Below the pieces are notes generated by a model that saw only the letters and a list, made by a program, of their open reading frames with translations, was not told where the DNA came from and made no database searches. This document shows, in pieces, positions 9,408 to 19,229 of a stretch of DNA of 64,000 bases (positions are counted from its first letter, which is position 1; each line of letters begins with the position of its first letter). This stretch comes from a virus (Duplodnaviria > Heunggongvirae > Uroviricota > Caudoviricetes): IMG/VR virus record IMGVR_UViG_3300017792_000001, positions 213,602-277,601 of that record; one strand, written 5' to 3'. The translations under genes and the position numbers were made by a program.

Positions 9408-10124
9408 ATGGATATCTACCCAATGCGAAATTTCTACAGCTGCGGCTGCTACGTCGCAGATGATGTGCCGGTCATCAGTCGCTGCGGGGAACACAACGGC
9501 TTCGTGATCTGCCGAACCAACTGTCGCGTTACAAACCCACGTCAGTTGATCATTGGTAAGCGCAAGCGGTTGAAGATCATCCATCACAACCTGTATGACG
9601 TGCTGTCGATGTTGAAGCAACCCGTGGATCTGGTGTTCGCATACCCAGAGCACGACCTGTTCATGATGCCGCACATGCTCACACCGTTCGGTTTCAGGAA
9701 TAGCCGTGTCGAGGTGTTCAAACACGTTGCACGCCTGCTCAAGCCCGATGGCAAGGCAGTTTTCTTGATCGACCCAATCGACCTAGCGACTGTGTTGTAC
9801 CAGGCCAAGCTGCGCAAGTTTGAAGTGCATACGCGCTTCTTTCCAGTGGTCATTCGACCTGAGCCACTTCGGTGGAGTAAGTCGCTTGAGAAACACAAGG
9901 TCTATAAAATTGCCGTGGGGTTAAACACTGGACCCCTTCCTCAGCTCCGTCTTGACGACCTCACGCCGTTCTTTGATGCGCTGAACGTTCCAGACGCGGG
10001 CAGGATATTGGACCTTTCCTGTATTCACATCGGTGCTGTCAAGAAGGCAAGACCGAATTCGAAAATTGTAGGGATATGCGAAGATGCAAACCGTTACCGA
10101 AAATTCATTGAAGCCAACAGTTGA
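9408..10124 (+). CDS. Degenerate N4/N6 DNA methyltransferase-fold protein
   Basis: KIIHHNLYDVL..VDLVFAYPEH ~ DPPY region; RLLKPDG; GRILDLSCIHIG ~ FxGxG region; IVGICED. Confidence 0.55.
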   Translation: MDIYPMRNFYSCGCYVADDVPVISRCGEHNGFVICRTNCRVTNPRQLIIGKRKRLKIIHHNLYDVLSMLKQPVDLVFAYPEHDLFMMPHMLTPFGFRNSRVEVFKHVARLLKPDGKAVFLIDPIDLATVLYQAKLRKFEVHTRFFPVVIRPEPLRWSKSLEKHKVYKIAVGLNTGPLPQLRLDDLTPFFDALNVPDAGRILDLSCIHIGAVKKARPNSKIVGICEDANRYRKFIEANS

Positions 10125-10905
10125 ACAGACAGCCCTGTTGTGGGAATTGGTGCTACCCGATCCAGCTTTCGACGAAGCTGTAGAGCGCTGCATCGCCAAA
10201 GGCCGTGAAGACCTGGCGCTGTACGAAGGCACCAAGACCTACGCATACCAGATGACGCTGTGCGTGATCACCTCGATTTTCAACGAAGCCATCAAGCTCG
10301 TTCACTTCGACGGTGAGTTGCTGCACATCTTCATGAAGAACAAACTGCCGCCGAACCACATCATGTTGCTCAAGCGCCTGTTTGACTCCAAGATGTGGCT
10401 GCCTGACAAGGTGCTGCACGACATTCTCGGTGGCGAGCAAGCCCTGTTCTCTGTGCGCGAACAAGTAGGTGACGACGTACTCGAAACGACCTACACAGGG
10501 CTCACGTCCTACGAAGGTCCAACCGACTACACCGAAATCAAGGATCTGCTGATCGCTGCCAACGTCCTGGACAACCACAACACGGTTGCTCTTGTGTACG
10601 AAGTCGGCGGTCTGCGTGAAACACCGTACGAAAATGCTCGGTACGACAACCTGACCTCGCGGTTCATTGGCGGTACAGAACGGTTGATCGACACCTTGAT
10701 GTTTGCCCGTGAACTCCAGGGTGATCCCTTAAAGCGTAAAGCAGTTGTAGCAGAGGCTGAACGTTACTTCGCCGCGACGAAGTTTAAGGTAGTCCCAAAG
10801 CAAACTACCCAGATGAAGCTCGACGATGCGCGTAAAGAGGCGAAAGAAGCCGCGAAGCCATTCAAGACGCTCAAGAAGATGAAGAAGGCTGCCAAGGCCA
10901 AGTAG
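10084..10905 (+). CDS. Hypothetical protein with basic C-terminus
   Basis: 273-aa ORF. Confidence 0.75.
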   Translation: MQTVTENSLKPTVEQTALLWELVLPDPAFDEAVERCIAKGREDLALYEGTKTYAYQMTLCVITSIFNEAIKLVHFDGELLHIFMKNKLPPNHIMLLKRLFDSKMWLPDKVLHDILGGEQALFSVREQVGDDVLETTYTGLTSYEGPTDYTEIKDLLIAANVLDNHNTVALVYEVGGLRETPYENARYDNLTSRFIGGTERLIDTLMFARELQGDPLKRKAVVAEAERYFAATKFKVVPKQTTQMKLDDARKEAKEAAKPFKTLKKMKKAAKAK

Positions 10906-10914
10906 AGGATCCCA

Positions 10915-11571
10915 ATGGCGAAGAAGCCCTACAAAGGCATCACAAAAAGCCGCAGCAACACCAGCGGCCGTAAGTCTGCTGCAAAGCGTGAAGCTGAGAA
11001 AACGAAGGAACGCATGACGGAGCGCAAAGCCGTTCTGCATACGTCGAAGCGTAGCGGCAAGGAGCGACTCGCCAAAGGTGTTCCCTACAAACTGAAACGT
11101 CTGGAGGCAATGCCTGTACGGCAGCTTCCAGCGACAGCAGCCAATCAGAAAGGGCGCACGCTGCGTCAACTCATTCGTGGCACACCGAAGCTGTTCATCA
11201 ACAACGCGGTGGACGTTGAAGCCAAGAAGATTGAGCGCAAGAAGACCAAGACCGGACGCCCCGTCATTATGGGGCAGATGGTTACTTGGGACCCGTGGCG
11301 TAAAGACCGTGTGCGCCGTGTGCATGATGCGTACATCATCGGTCTCGACGATGACCCAGACAAGCCGATCAACCGCCACCAGAAAGTCTTGGTGCAATGT
11401 TCGTGCGAGAACTTCGTCTACGTCTGGGAGTATGCGAATGCCACGGTTGGTGCGAGTCGCCTGATCTACTCGAACGGTGAGCCACCAAACTTCACGAACC
11501 CGAAGCTCGCTGTTGGTCTATGCAAGCACTTGATCGCGCTCGCCAAGATCATCATGGAGAAAGACGTATGA
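10915..11571 (+). CDS. SWIM-type zinc-finger protein
   Basis: VQCSCENF ... GLCKHLIAL (CxC..CxH); very basic N-half. Confidence 0.7.
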   Translation: MAKKPYKGITKSRSNTSGRKSAAKREAEKTKERMTERKAVLHTSKRSGKERLAKGVPYKLKRLEAMPVRQLPATAANQKGRTLRQLIRGTPKLFINNAVDVEAKKIERKKTKTGRPVIMGQMVTWDPWRKDRVRRVHDAYIIGLDDDPDKPINRHQKVLVQCSCENFVYVWEYANATVGASRLIYSNGEPPNFTNPKLAVGLCKHLIALAKIIMEKDV

Positions 11572-12173
11572 GAACCAACGGTTGTTTGCAGCTGGATGTT
11601 AGCCAGCAAAGCATCGTGTTCTTTCCGCACTACCAGATCGGCGACTACAGCGACCCTGTGATAATCAGTCATTCGCTGAGCGGCCCGAACGACAAGGTGA
11701 TTCTGCTCACAAGCATGGCTCAAGCCCATGAGACATACGGACCCGGATCGTATGAGTACCCACTTGCATTCTGCCTGCGTGAGGCGTTGCGAGCTGGTGC
11801 TCCTGCAATCTGGGCTTTTTCGTCTAGCGAGCCTGACCTGTTTGACGCAATCCGAAGTCTGATCAAAGAGGGAGTCTACCCATTCGCGGCTGACCTCAAG
11901 ATCATCTTCGAAGAATTGAATCTGGCTGCGATGAAGTACGTGCCCATTCCGTATGAGCCAGAACCAGAAGTCAACTACAGGTCTGTCTTCGCAAACGCGA
12001 ATGAGAGCCAGCGTCTTGACGCGCAGACAATGTTCACGGCATATCCTGACATTCATCTGCGCAACTACGGTACACCTGGACCCATCGGTCACTCCCCAGG
12101 TCCGAGCAATCCCAAACAAACCAAAGACTACCGCAATATCGGTAAGTCGTCGAACGCAAAGAAGCGGTGGTGA
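11568..12173 (+). CDS. Hypothetical protein, N-half resembles tail-sheath N-terminal domain
   Basis: GPNDKVILLTSMAQAHETYGPGS...ALRAGAPAIWAF; ATGA overlap with upstream gene. Confidence 0.5.
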   Translation: MRTNGCLQLDVSQQSIVFFPHYQIGDYSDPVIISHSLSGPNDKVILLTSMAQAHETYGPGSYEYPLAFCLREALRAGAPAIWAFSSSEPDLFDAIRSLIKEGVYPFAADLKIIFEELNLAAMKYVPIPYEPEPEVNYRSVFANANESQRLDAQTMFTAYPDIHLRNYGTPGPIGHSPGPSNPKQTKDYRNIGKSSNAKKRW

Positions 12174-12176
12174 AGT

Positions 12177-12680
12177 ATGAGCGAACACGTCCAGTTGCTT
12201 GCAAAGAACATCGAAATCGACACGCTGCAAAAGACGGTGGTCAAGCTGAGTCTCGACCTCGCCACCGTTACGCACGAACAAGGGCTGCTCAAGAATGCCT
12301 ACAACCAGCTCAATGAAAACGCCGTGCAGCAAGCGGATCAAATGAGCAAAGCCAACGTTGCTCTGGTGCTGGAGAAGAACGCGGTTGAAGAAGCCCGCGG
12401 CCGTCAGCAAGAACGCATCCAGGAAATGGAAGACGACCTCACTGGGGTGCGCCACGAGAAAGACCGGCACGAAATCATCTACACCCACATCTTCTCCGAA
12501 ATCAAGAACGGCAGTTCGATCATCATGCTGCCAGGCCATAAGTCTCTCGGCAAGGTCAAGAAAACCGACCTGCGGATTGAACTGAACTCAGGGCACACGC
12601 TCTCTGGTATCGTCACGTACATCGACAACCTGTACCAGCAGATCGACAATCCAGAACTTCGGAGATTACTGCGCGCATGA
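12177..12680 (+). CDS. Coiled-coil hypothetical protein
   Basis: 167-aa heptad-like ORF. Confidence 0.7.
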   Translation: MSEHVQLLAKNIEIDTLQKTVVKLSLDLATVTHEQGLLKNAYNQLNENAVQQADQMSKANVALVLEKNAVEEARGRQQERIQEMEDDLTGVRHEKDRHEIIYTHIFSEIKNGSSIIMLPGHKSLGKVKKTDLRIELNSGHTLSGIVTYIDNLYQQIDNPELRRLLRA

Positions 12681-13696
12681 GCATAGACAAGAACCTCACT
12701 GGAGAACAAATCCAGAAGGTCATGGATATGCTGCTGTACAAAGCGCTTGAACCTATCATGCTTCACTCGAATGTGTTTGATGCACAGGTGTCCCACATCC
12801 TCACGACAGTAACGACAAACCGTAAGCGCAAGTTGTCCAGCGTGCCGCGGGAGTTGCTGACTGAGAACTTGGCCGCTGTGCTCGCACGCAATGACGGTGC
12901 AACCAAGTTCAAGACGTTTCGTGAATGCCGCATTGAACGCTCCTTCATTCACTGCTTCATCAAGCGGTTTCTGGAGGTCAACCATGAATTTCTGGACGTG
13001 TATCGTGCGTGGCTGATTGATCCGACCAGCGAGCGCAAGAACCACGTAGACAATCTGGCGTATGTCCACGGCGGGTGTCACAAGCGGGCAGATATGTACC
13101 GCATCATGACGCACAGCGCAGACTACCTGGACAAGTTCTACGCATTCCGCGCCAGCGTACTCGACAACTACCTGCGTCATTCATCGACCCAGGCCAAGTC
13201 GCACGTCGCTGCAAACTCACACAACCAACTGAGCTTCTCCGACCTCAAGCAATCAATTTTGAAGGCTATGGTCGTCGCTCTCGATAAGTACGACAGCAGT
13301 AAGGGCGCACTCACCACGTACATCAACTGGTGGGTTCTAAATGCCCAGACGTGCAGTGCTGATCACGAATATGGTGTCGCATATACCGTACCTCAAAGCC
13401 AGCGCCGCCGGCTCGCCGAAGGCAAAAGCAATGAGGTTAATTTCAGCGTCTCGCTTGATGCGTTGAAGAAACCGGGTGATGAAGATGACCGCTCGTTGTA
13501 CTCGTCCTTGTCGGACGGGCATTTCATGGATGAAGATTTCGAGCGGCTGGAAAGTCAGCAACTGGTGCAGTTGTTAGCCAAGGAAGTCGATAGAGGTGGA
13601 GTCGCCCGATTGACTCTGGACATCGGAGAATTTTTCACCAAAGAAGAACGTGAACTCATGCGCCGTCACACGCAAGAGGAAACTGTTAATAACTAA
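12677..13696 (+). CDS. Phage RNA polymerase sigma factor (sigma70 family, no clear region 4)
   Basis: SDLKQSILKAMVVALDKYDSSKGALTTYINWWV = region 2; VSLDALKKPGDEDDRSL = region 3.2. Confidence 0.8.
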   Translation: MSIDKNLTGEQIQKVMDMLLYKALEPIMLHSNVFDAQVSHILTTVTTNRKRKLSSVPRELLTENLAAVLARNDGATKFKTFRECRIERSFIHCFIKRFLEVNHEFLDVYRAWLIDPTSERKNHVDNLAYVHGGCHKRADMYRIMTHSADYLDKFYAFRASVLDNYLRHSSTQAKSHVAANSHNQLSFSDLKQSILKAMVVALDKYDSSKGALTTYINWWVLNAQTCSADHEYGVAYTVPQSQRRRLAEGKSNEVNFSVSLDALKKPGDEDDRSLYSSLSDGHFMDEDFERLESQQLVQLLAKEVDRGGVARLTLDIGEFFTKEERELMRRHTQEETVNN

Positions 13697-13722
13697 CATA
13701 TACAAACCAGGAGTCATCAAAC

Positions 13723-14997
13723 ATGAGTGGATTTGGAAACATCCAGCCACGCACAGGTAACAAGGATTCTGTTCGTCTGGAAGAAGTCATTAAGATGCAC
13801 AAATGGCCCGCCGACGAATGGAGCCAAGTGCGTTTCATGCCAGGCAAGATTCTGCCAGTTAAGCGTCACTGGATCAGCATCATCGCAGGCAAAGACAAGA
13901 AAGAAATCACGATCCCTCGTTATTGCCTGGCGTTCGACAACAACAACGAGAACGAGCCGCGTAAAGACGCGAAGGGCAAGCCGATCAAATGCCCGTACTG
14001 CGACCTGGCTCACGGCCAAGACGCAAGCGCTCGTTACGAGTTCTTCTACCTGGCCAACGCGATCATCCGTGAAGTGCAGGAAGATATGCCTGCTCGCGCC
14101 AAGAAGATCGAGCGCACCAAGGAAGAAAAGAAGACTGGCTTCAAGGACATCAGATCGAAGTCCTGGACCCCGGTAGAAGTTTGTCGTATCACCTCGACGG
14201 TCGCGAACCGCATCAAAGAGCTGGGCGACGGCAACTTCGTCAAGAAGGGTGGCGAGAAGAAAGCCTTCGACGTTACTCACCCGAAATACGGTATCGACAT
14301 CCGCGTCAAGTACAAGCCGAAAGCATCCGGCACCGAGAAGTACAGCGCTGACAAAGACGACCGCACTCCGCTGACCGACGACGAGTTGAAGTACCTGATC
14401 TGGCGCCTCGACGAAACCCTGATCGACGTGACCGGCCGCATGGAACCTGCGCAGGCTCTCGAAGACTTCAAGCGCATGGAAGTTGTCGGTGCTGACGAAG
14501 TTGACGACGACAGCGAAGGCTACAGCCTGGGCGACGACGACGGCAAGAAGAAAAAGAAGAAGGGCGACAAGAAGAAAAAGTCGGCCGCCTTCGATGATGA
14601 CGATGACGATGACGAGCCTAAGAAAGGCAAGAAATCATCCAAGTCCTCGAAGTCTTCCAAGAAGTCGAAAGAAGATGATGCTCCGAAGAAAAAGAAAAAG
14701 GCCAAGCCTGCTTTCTCTGACGACGATGATGACGACGATGACGAGCCGAAGAAAAGCAAGAAATCTTCCGGCGACAAGAAGTCCAAGTCGAAAGACAAGG
14801 TGAAGTCGAAGAAATCTTCTTCTGACGACGCACCGAAGAAGAAAAAGAAGGCCAAGAAAGAGGAAGACGAGCCGAAGAAGAAAAAGAAATCTTCTGACAG
14901 CAAGAAGTCCTCGAAGTCTTCCAAGGACAAGAAGGCCGACAAGCCAAGCTCCAAGAAAGGCAAGAAGAAATCTGCCTGGGACGATGACGACGAATAA
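13723..14997 (+). CDS. Single-stranded DNA-binding protein (T4 gp32-like) with long charged tail
   Basis: VRFMP, H..C..CPYC zinc ligands, FDVTHPKYGIDI; next to recA; tail ends SAWDDDDE. Confidence 0.75.
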   Translation: MSGFGNIQPRTGNKDSVRLEEVIKMHKWPADEWSQVRFMPGKILPVKRHWISIIAGKDKKEITIPRYCLAFDNNNENEPRKDAKGKPIKCPYCDLAHGQDASARYEFFYLANAIIREVQEDMPARAKKIERTKEEKKTGFKDIRSKSWTPVEVCRITSTVANRIKELGDGNFVKKGGEKKAFDVTHPKYGIDIRVKYKPKASGTEKYSADKDDRTPLTDDELKYLIWRLDETLIDVTGRMEPAQALEDFKRMEVVGADEVDDDSEGYSLGDDDGKKKKKKGDKKKKSAAFDDDDDDDEPKKGKKSSKSSKSSKKSKEDDAPKKKKKAKPAFSDDDDDDDDEPKKSKKSSGDKKSKSKDKVKSKKSSSDDAPKKKKKAKKEEDEPKKKKKSSDSKKSSKSSKDKKADKPSSKKGKKKSAWDDDDE

Positions 14998-15003
14998 GTA
15001 GGG

Positions 15004-15030
15004 AGGGTGGGCTTCGGCTCACCCATTCTC
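15004..15030 (+). terminator. UUCG hairpin, weak terminator
   Basis: GGGTGGGC-TTCG-GCTCACCC; identical copy at 37091. Confidence 0.6.
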
Positions 15031-15046
15031 GTTTCTGGAGATACGC

Positions 15047-16528
15047 ATGGCTAAGTCGAAAAAGAAGGACGTCGCTGTTATTGACGTCTCGGGAGATTCA
15101 GTCCCGTCGAAGAAGAAAGGCAAGAAGGGTAAAGCCCTTGCCGAGGTTGCACCGTTCAATCCCTATGCTCACTTGGGCACTGAGATTGACGCGATGGAAA
15201 AGAAGTTCGGCCTGACGTCGATGGCAGTGAGCGAATCGGAAGATCGCCTGTCCACCGGCCTCCTGTCGATTGACGTGAACCTCGCTGGTGGTCTGCTGCC
15301 GGGTGGCTGGTACACGTTCTTCGGTGGTGAACAGTCGTGTAAGTCCACGCTCGCCACCACAGCAATGGGTTCGATTGCAACTAACGCCACGTTCCAAGGC
15401 ATTGGTGCAATGTTCGACTACGAAGGTTCGTTCCAGGCTGACTACGCCGAGAACATCTTCAAGTACATGAACCACGGCAAGCGCATTTCGGTTGATAACG
15501 TCTTCGGCGTGAAAGACCAGAAGGGTTGGGTTATCCCACCGCGCGTTCGCTACTACGCACCGTCTGTTGGTGAAGACTTCTACAACTGGCTCGCCAAGCT
15601 TGAGAAGACTCTGCCAGACCTGATTCAAGAAGATGGCAAGTTCTACTACATCTTCGAGAACACCAAGGTCAACCAGAAGGCGCTGTCCGGCAAGTACGAC
15701 AAGGACTTCTTCCGTCGTGAAGGTAAGTTCCGTCTGCCTGCCCCGAACGGTATGCCGCAAGCGGTCGTACTCGTTGACTCGTATCCTGCGATGGTCCCTA
15801 AACAGACCGACGACAAGGACGAGGGCGACAAGTCCCTGGGTTCACAAGCCCGTATGCACGCTGCAAACTTGCCGCGTGTGAAAGGCGCAATGCGTTCGAA
15901 GCGGATCATCGTGCTGGGTATCAACCAGTTGCGTGACATCCCGATGGCCATGTACGGCCCGACCGAACAAGAACCTGGCGGTAAAGCGCTGCGCTTCTAC
16001 TCCGACTGTCGTTTGAAGATGACTTCGGTCAGCGTTCCCCACGCCAAAGGCCAGTTCGAGGAAGAAGACACAATCTCCGGTGAAGGTGCTGACAAGTACC
16101 GCTACCTGAAGTGCAAGGTGCAGAAGAACAAACTCGGTGGCCCACAAGCCGCTGAAATCTCGCTGCGCATTCGCGTTTCGGACGCCGATGGTAACGCCTC
16201 CGGTTTCTGCCGGTGCTGGGACGCATACCAGTACCTGAAGATGACTGGGCAACTCGGTGGCAATCGCAAGAAGCTCAAGTTCCTGACTGGCCCGCTCGAA
16301 GGCATCACTGTCTCCTGGCTCCAGTTCAAGGCCCTGATCGACGGCGATGCAGCGATGATCAAGAAAGGCTGCGAGAAGCTGAAAGTGAAACCGTTCCGCT
16401 TGTACGAATGGTGTCGCAAACAGGTTGTCGAGAAGCAAGCCTATCCTCTGCTCAAGGCTGCCATCAAAGCCGAGAACACCAAGTCCAAGCAGCCTGCGGA
16501 AATCGCTGAGGGTGCTGACGAGGAGTGA
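15047..16528 (+). CDS. recA: RecA/UvsX-like recombinase
   Basis: LSTGLLSID, Walker A GGEQSCKST, VLVDS, INQLR, PGGKALRFYSDCRL, KNK. Confidence 0.92.
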   Translation: MAKSKKKDVAVIDVSGDSVPSKKKGKKGKALAEVAPFNPYAHLGTEIDAMEKKFGLTSMAVSESEDRLSTGLLSIDVNLAGGLLPGGWYTFFGGEQSCKSTLATTAMGSIATNATFQGIGAMFDYEGSFQADYAENIFKYMNHGKRISVDNVFGVKDQKGWVIPPRVRYYAPSVGEDFYNWLAKLEKTLPDLIQEDGKFYYIFENTKVNQKALSGKYDKDFFRREGKFRLPAPNGMPQAVVLVDSYPAMVPKQTDDKDEGDKSLGSQARMHAANLPRVKGAMRSKRIIVLGINQLRDIPMAMYGPTEQEPGGKALRFYSDCRLKMTSVSVPHAKGQFEEEDTISGEGADKYRYLKCKVQKNKLGGPQAAEISLRIRVSDADGNASGFCRCWDAYQYLKMTGQLGGNRKKLKFLTGPLEGITVSWLQFKALIDGDAAMIKKGCEKLKVKPFRLYEWCRKQVVEKQAYPLLKAAIKAENTKSKQPAEIAEGADEE

Positions 16529-16550
16529 TCTGCTCGCTGCCTGATTTTTG

Positions 16551-16612
16551 ATCAACTTGACTTCGATTTTGTGATGTGATACAATGACTTGCTGATCGAA
16601 GTCGAGCTTGAT
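16551..16612 (+). promoter_or_regulatory. Near-consensus sigma70 promoter inside a long inverted repeat
   Basis: TTGACT (16557)-17 nt-TACAAT (16580) with extended TG; arms ATCAACTTGACTTCGAT / ATCGAAGTCGAGCTTGAT. Confidence 0.7.
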
Positions 16613-16755
16613 TCATATTGGTTACGCGATTAGGTTAGGTTTATGCGACATAAAAAGTTTGCAAGGTATATTGCAACTCCAGTCACCGAGCATGATGCTT
16701 TGTGCCTGCAAATCCAGCGCTCATATTCGGCGCTGCAACCTGATGGGCGAGTAAG

Positions 16756-16762
16756 TAATTTA
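16756..16762 (+). promoter_or_regulatory. Putative late promoter TAATTTA
   Basis: Motif recurring upstream of structural units. Confidence 0.55.
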
Positions 16763-16794
16763 CTCACTTGTCACTTTGGCTACAGGGGATTGCC

Positions 16795-17949
16795 ATGTTA
16801 GACTCTTACATCAAAGAGTTGGATAAGAAACACGCAGACAAAACCAACACCGACACCACTCCACAGGAAGTGCCGCAAACGTTGGTCATCTTGTATAAGC
16901 TGGCATCGAAGTTGAATCAGTTCATCACTGTGGAACTGCTCAAGCCAGAAACCAAGATGTATCCCAGGTCTTTGAAGGCCGTCTTGGTTCCACTTATCGA
17001 AGGTATCGACGCATCCGACCAGCAGTTGAAAACGCTGCGCGTTGGTGCTGACACTCGGGCTACCGTGCCTGAAGGCTTCAACAAAATCCTCAGCCGCCTG
17101 AATCGGGTGTCTGTCGAGATTGCGAACGCCACGATCTACGCCGATAAGGAAGAACGTCTCACCCGCCGGGAACTCATGCAGATTTACCATGATTCGTTCC
17201 CGTTCGCCGACTTGAAACAGGCGCTCGAAAAGCACATCGAACTCGTCCGTGCCAATCGCTTGAAAGAGCGTATGCACCTGACTCACACTGACCGCGACAA
17301 CATCGTTGCTGATGGCAAGCCGTACACGCCACCTGCAAACGAAAGTGAAGCGAACAAGGTGCTGCGTCAACAGGCTGAACTGCGCCGGAAATCGGCAATG
17401 GGTACAGCACTGGGTCAGAAGATCGACAGCTACAAGCGCGCTTACTCCAAACTGCCCACCTCGCTGAAAGGCCTGCCATTCGCAGCACTCCGGATGCCGA
17501 TTGTCCCTGACTTCAAGGACATGGGGTTGCAGATTGAACCAGAGAAGAAGTTGAAGTCCCTGGGTTTCAAAGTCACCGTACTGTCCGATGCGTTCGTCGT
17601 ACTCGAAGACCAATTCCTCCTCGCGTTCGACCACAAGCAACTCGACATCGATACAGGCGTGCGCAAGAACAAGGCAGGCGCTTTCGTCGTCGTTCGCAAG
17701 ACCGGCCCGAAAGAAACCCTTGAACACAACGAGACAACCGACAAGTTGCTCAAGTTCATTGACAGCATCAACGAGAAAAGCCACGAACGTTACGCTCTAG
17801 GCTCGACGGTGTTTGTTCCAAACCCACGTAACTCAAAGCTGTGGCTGGCTTGGGTAGTGCGTGAGAATCAGCGCAAAGGTATTGCGCAGATGGCATCAAC
17901 GGTAGAAGCAGGCTGGGGCTTGCCCCTCAGTATCCTCGAAAATGAGTAA
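16795..17949 (+). CDS. Hypothetical (probably late) protein
   Basis: AGGGG RBS before ATG 16795; TAATTTA upstream. Confidence 0.75.
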   Translation: MLDSYIKELDKKHADKTNTDTTPQEVPQTLVILYKLASKLNQFITVELLKPETKMYPRSLKAVLVPLIEGIDASDQQLKTLRVGADTRATVPEGFNKILSRLNRVSVEIANATIYADKEERLTRRELMQIYHDSFPFADLKQALEKHIELVRANRLKERMHLTHTDRDNIVADGKPYTPPANESEANKVLRQQAELRRKSAMGTALGQKIDSYKRAYSKLPTSLKGLPFAALRMPIVPDFKDMGLQIEPEKKLKSLGFKVTVLSDAFVVLEDQFLLAFDHKQLDIDTGVRKNKAGAFVVVRKTGPKETLEHNETTDKLLKFIDSINEKSHERYALGSTVFVPNPRNSKLWLAWVVRENQRKGIAQMASTVEAGWGLPLSILENE

Positions 17950-18457
17950 GCAGGAGAAGTATCAGGAAGGGTTGTGTTTGATCTGCACCCGACACTTCTC
18001 TACGCTGCACTGGCACCACACAGTACCGCAAGCACTTGGCGGCAAGGACAGTTTGCAGATTCCACTCTGCGGTTCTTGTCACACGCAACTCCATGCGCAT
18101 GCGGAGGGAATCGTTGCCCAACAACGTGGTGGCCGGAAGATAGGTCGCAACTACTGGACCGATCACACGCAAGAAGAAAATGCAAAACCCTACTTAGAAA
18201 TACTCGTGACATCCATCATGAACGCTCCAGCTTCTCTCGCAGGGAAGATGTACATGATCCAGTCGCGCATTCCAGCTGAGGTGCATCGTGCGCTTCATCT
18301 GTACAAGATGGATTCAGGGCTTCGGAACCTAGACCAAGCTCTGCTACTATGTCTCTCAGAGACACTCAAGAAAAAGGGTTATCTAAATGGAAATGACAAA
18401 CCGGACTCGTCGTCAAGTAAAGGCGAGCCTAAAAAGCCAGCAGCCCCTCTGTGGTGA
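17942..18457 (+). CDS. HNH-type zinc nuclease domain plus possible ribbon-helix-helix domain
   Basis: CLIC..HWHHTVPQALGG..LCGSCH..LH; C-terminal IQSRIPAEVHRALH. Confidence 0.65.
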   Translation: MSKQEKYQEGLCLICTRHFSTLHWHHTVPQALGGKDSLQIPLCGSCHTQLHAHAEGIVAQQRGGRKIGRNYWTDHTQEENAKPYLEILVTSIMNAPASLAGKMYMIQSRIPAEVHRALHLYKMDSGLRNLDQALLLCLSETLKKKGYLNGNDKPDSSSSKGEPKKPAAPLW

Positions 18458-19226
18458 CTGCGTAGGACTCAAATGCGAAAAGTTGATTGGTGACAACAAG
18501 CAGGTTTGCTCCAAGTTAGGTAAGACAGCGACGTCCAAAACGTGCCCGCATTTCATCGCCGACACGAAACCCCTCCAGCCGTTGCTCAAGCGCGATGCCT
18601 TCGACGCTTTGTCACGACTGCTCCAGGAAATTCCCAAAGACGCACTCCGCAATGTCGCCTCGTTGTTGTACAATGAGAAGAAGACACGGGCTGCCGGGTA
18701 TTTCTTCGGCCAGAAAGTTTACGTGCGTTATCGCGGTGCAGCAAACGCCGACTACCTGAGCAACTTCATGATCGCTCGGGTCATGTCCGTAAACAGCGAA
18801 TTCATTCGCCTCACCTCGCAAGACGGTAAGTGCAACCTCACCTTCATGAAGAAGACCTGTCAGGAGATTATCCTGTCGGTTGACGAGTTCGACGAACTCC
18901 GGAAGAAGATGGTTGCCAAGGGTCGTCTCGTTGACCCTGACGTCAAGAAGCTCATTGCCAAGAAGTACCGAGCCGAGGAGGAGTACGAACTGAACATGAA
19001 CAGCGAGAGCGCTGGTGGTCAAGTCACGACCATCGACTCCGTGTTCAAAGAAAACAACCTCCCACGTCGCAAGCCCAAGAAGACCGTCGATCTGGTCGAT
19101 CTGGTCAATGGTCTTATGGCTGGACACACCGACGTTGACAAGGCATCCAAGGGCTACAAGCGACCGAGCGACAAGCGCAAGACCAGCAACTCTGGTTACG
19201 AACGCATTGACGTATCGGGGGATTGA
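18387..19226 (+). CDS. Hypothetical protein with N-terminal Cys cluster
   Basis: CGDC..C..C..CPHF. Confidence 0.75.
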   Translation: MEMTNRTRRQVKASLKSQQPLCGDCVGLKCEKLIGDNKQVCSKLGKTATSKTCPHFIADTKPLQPLLKRDAFDALSRLLQEIPKDALRNVASLLYNEKKTRAAGYFFGQKVYVRYRGAANADYLSNFMIARVMSVNSEFIRLTSQDGKCNLTFMKKTCQEIILSVDEFDELRKKMVAKGRLVDPDVKKLIAKKYRAEEEYELNMNSESAGGQVTTIDSVFKENNLPRRKPKKTVDLVDLVNGLMAGHTDVDKASKGYKRPSDKRKTSNSGYERIDVSGD

Positions 19227-19229
19227 CCT

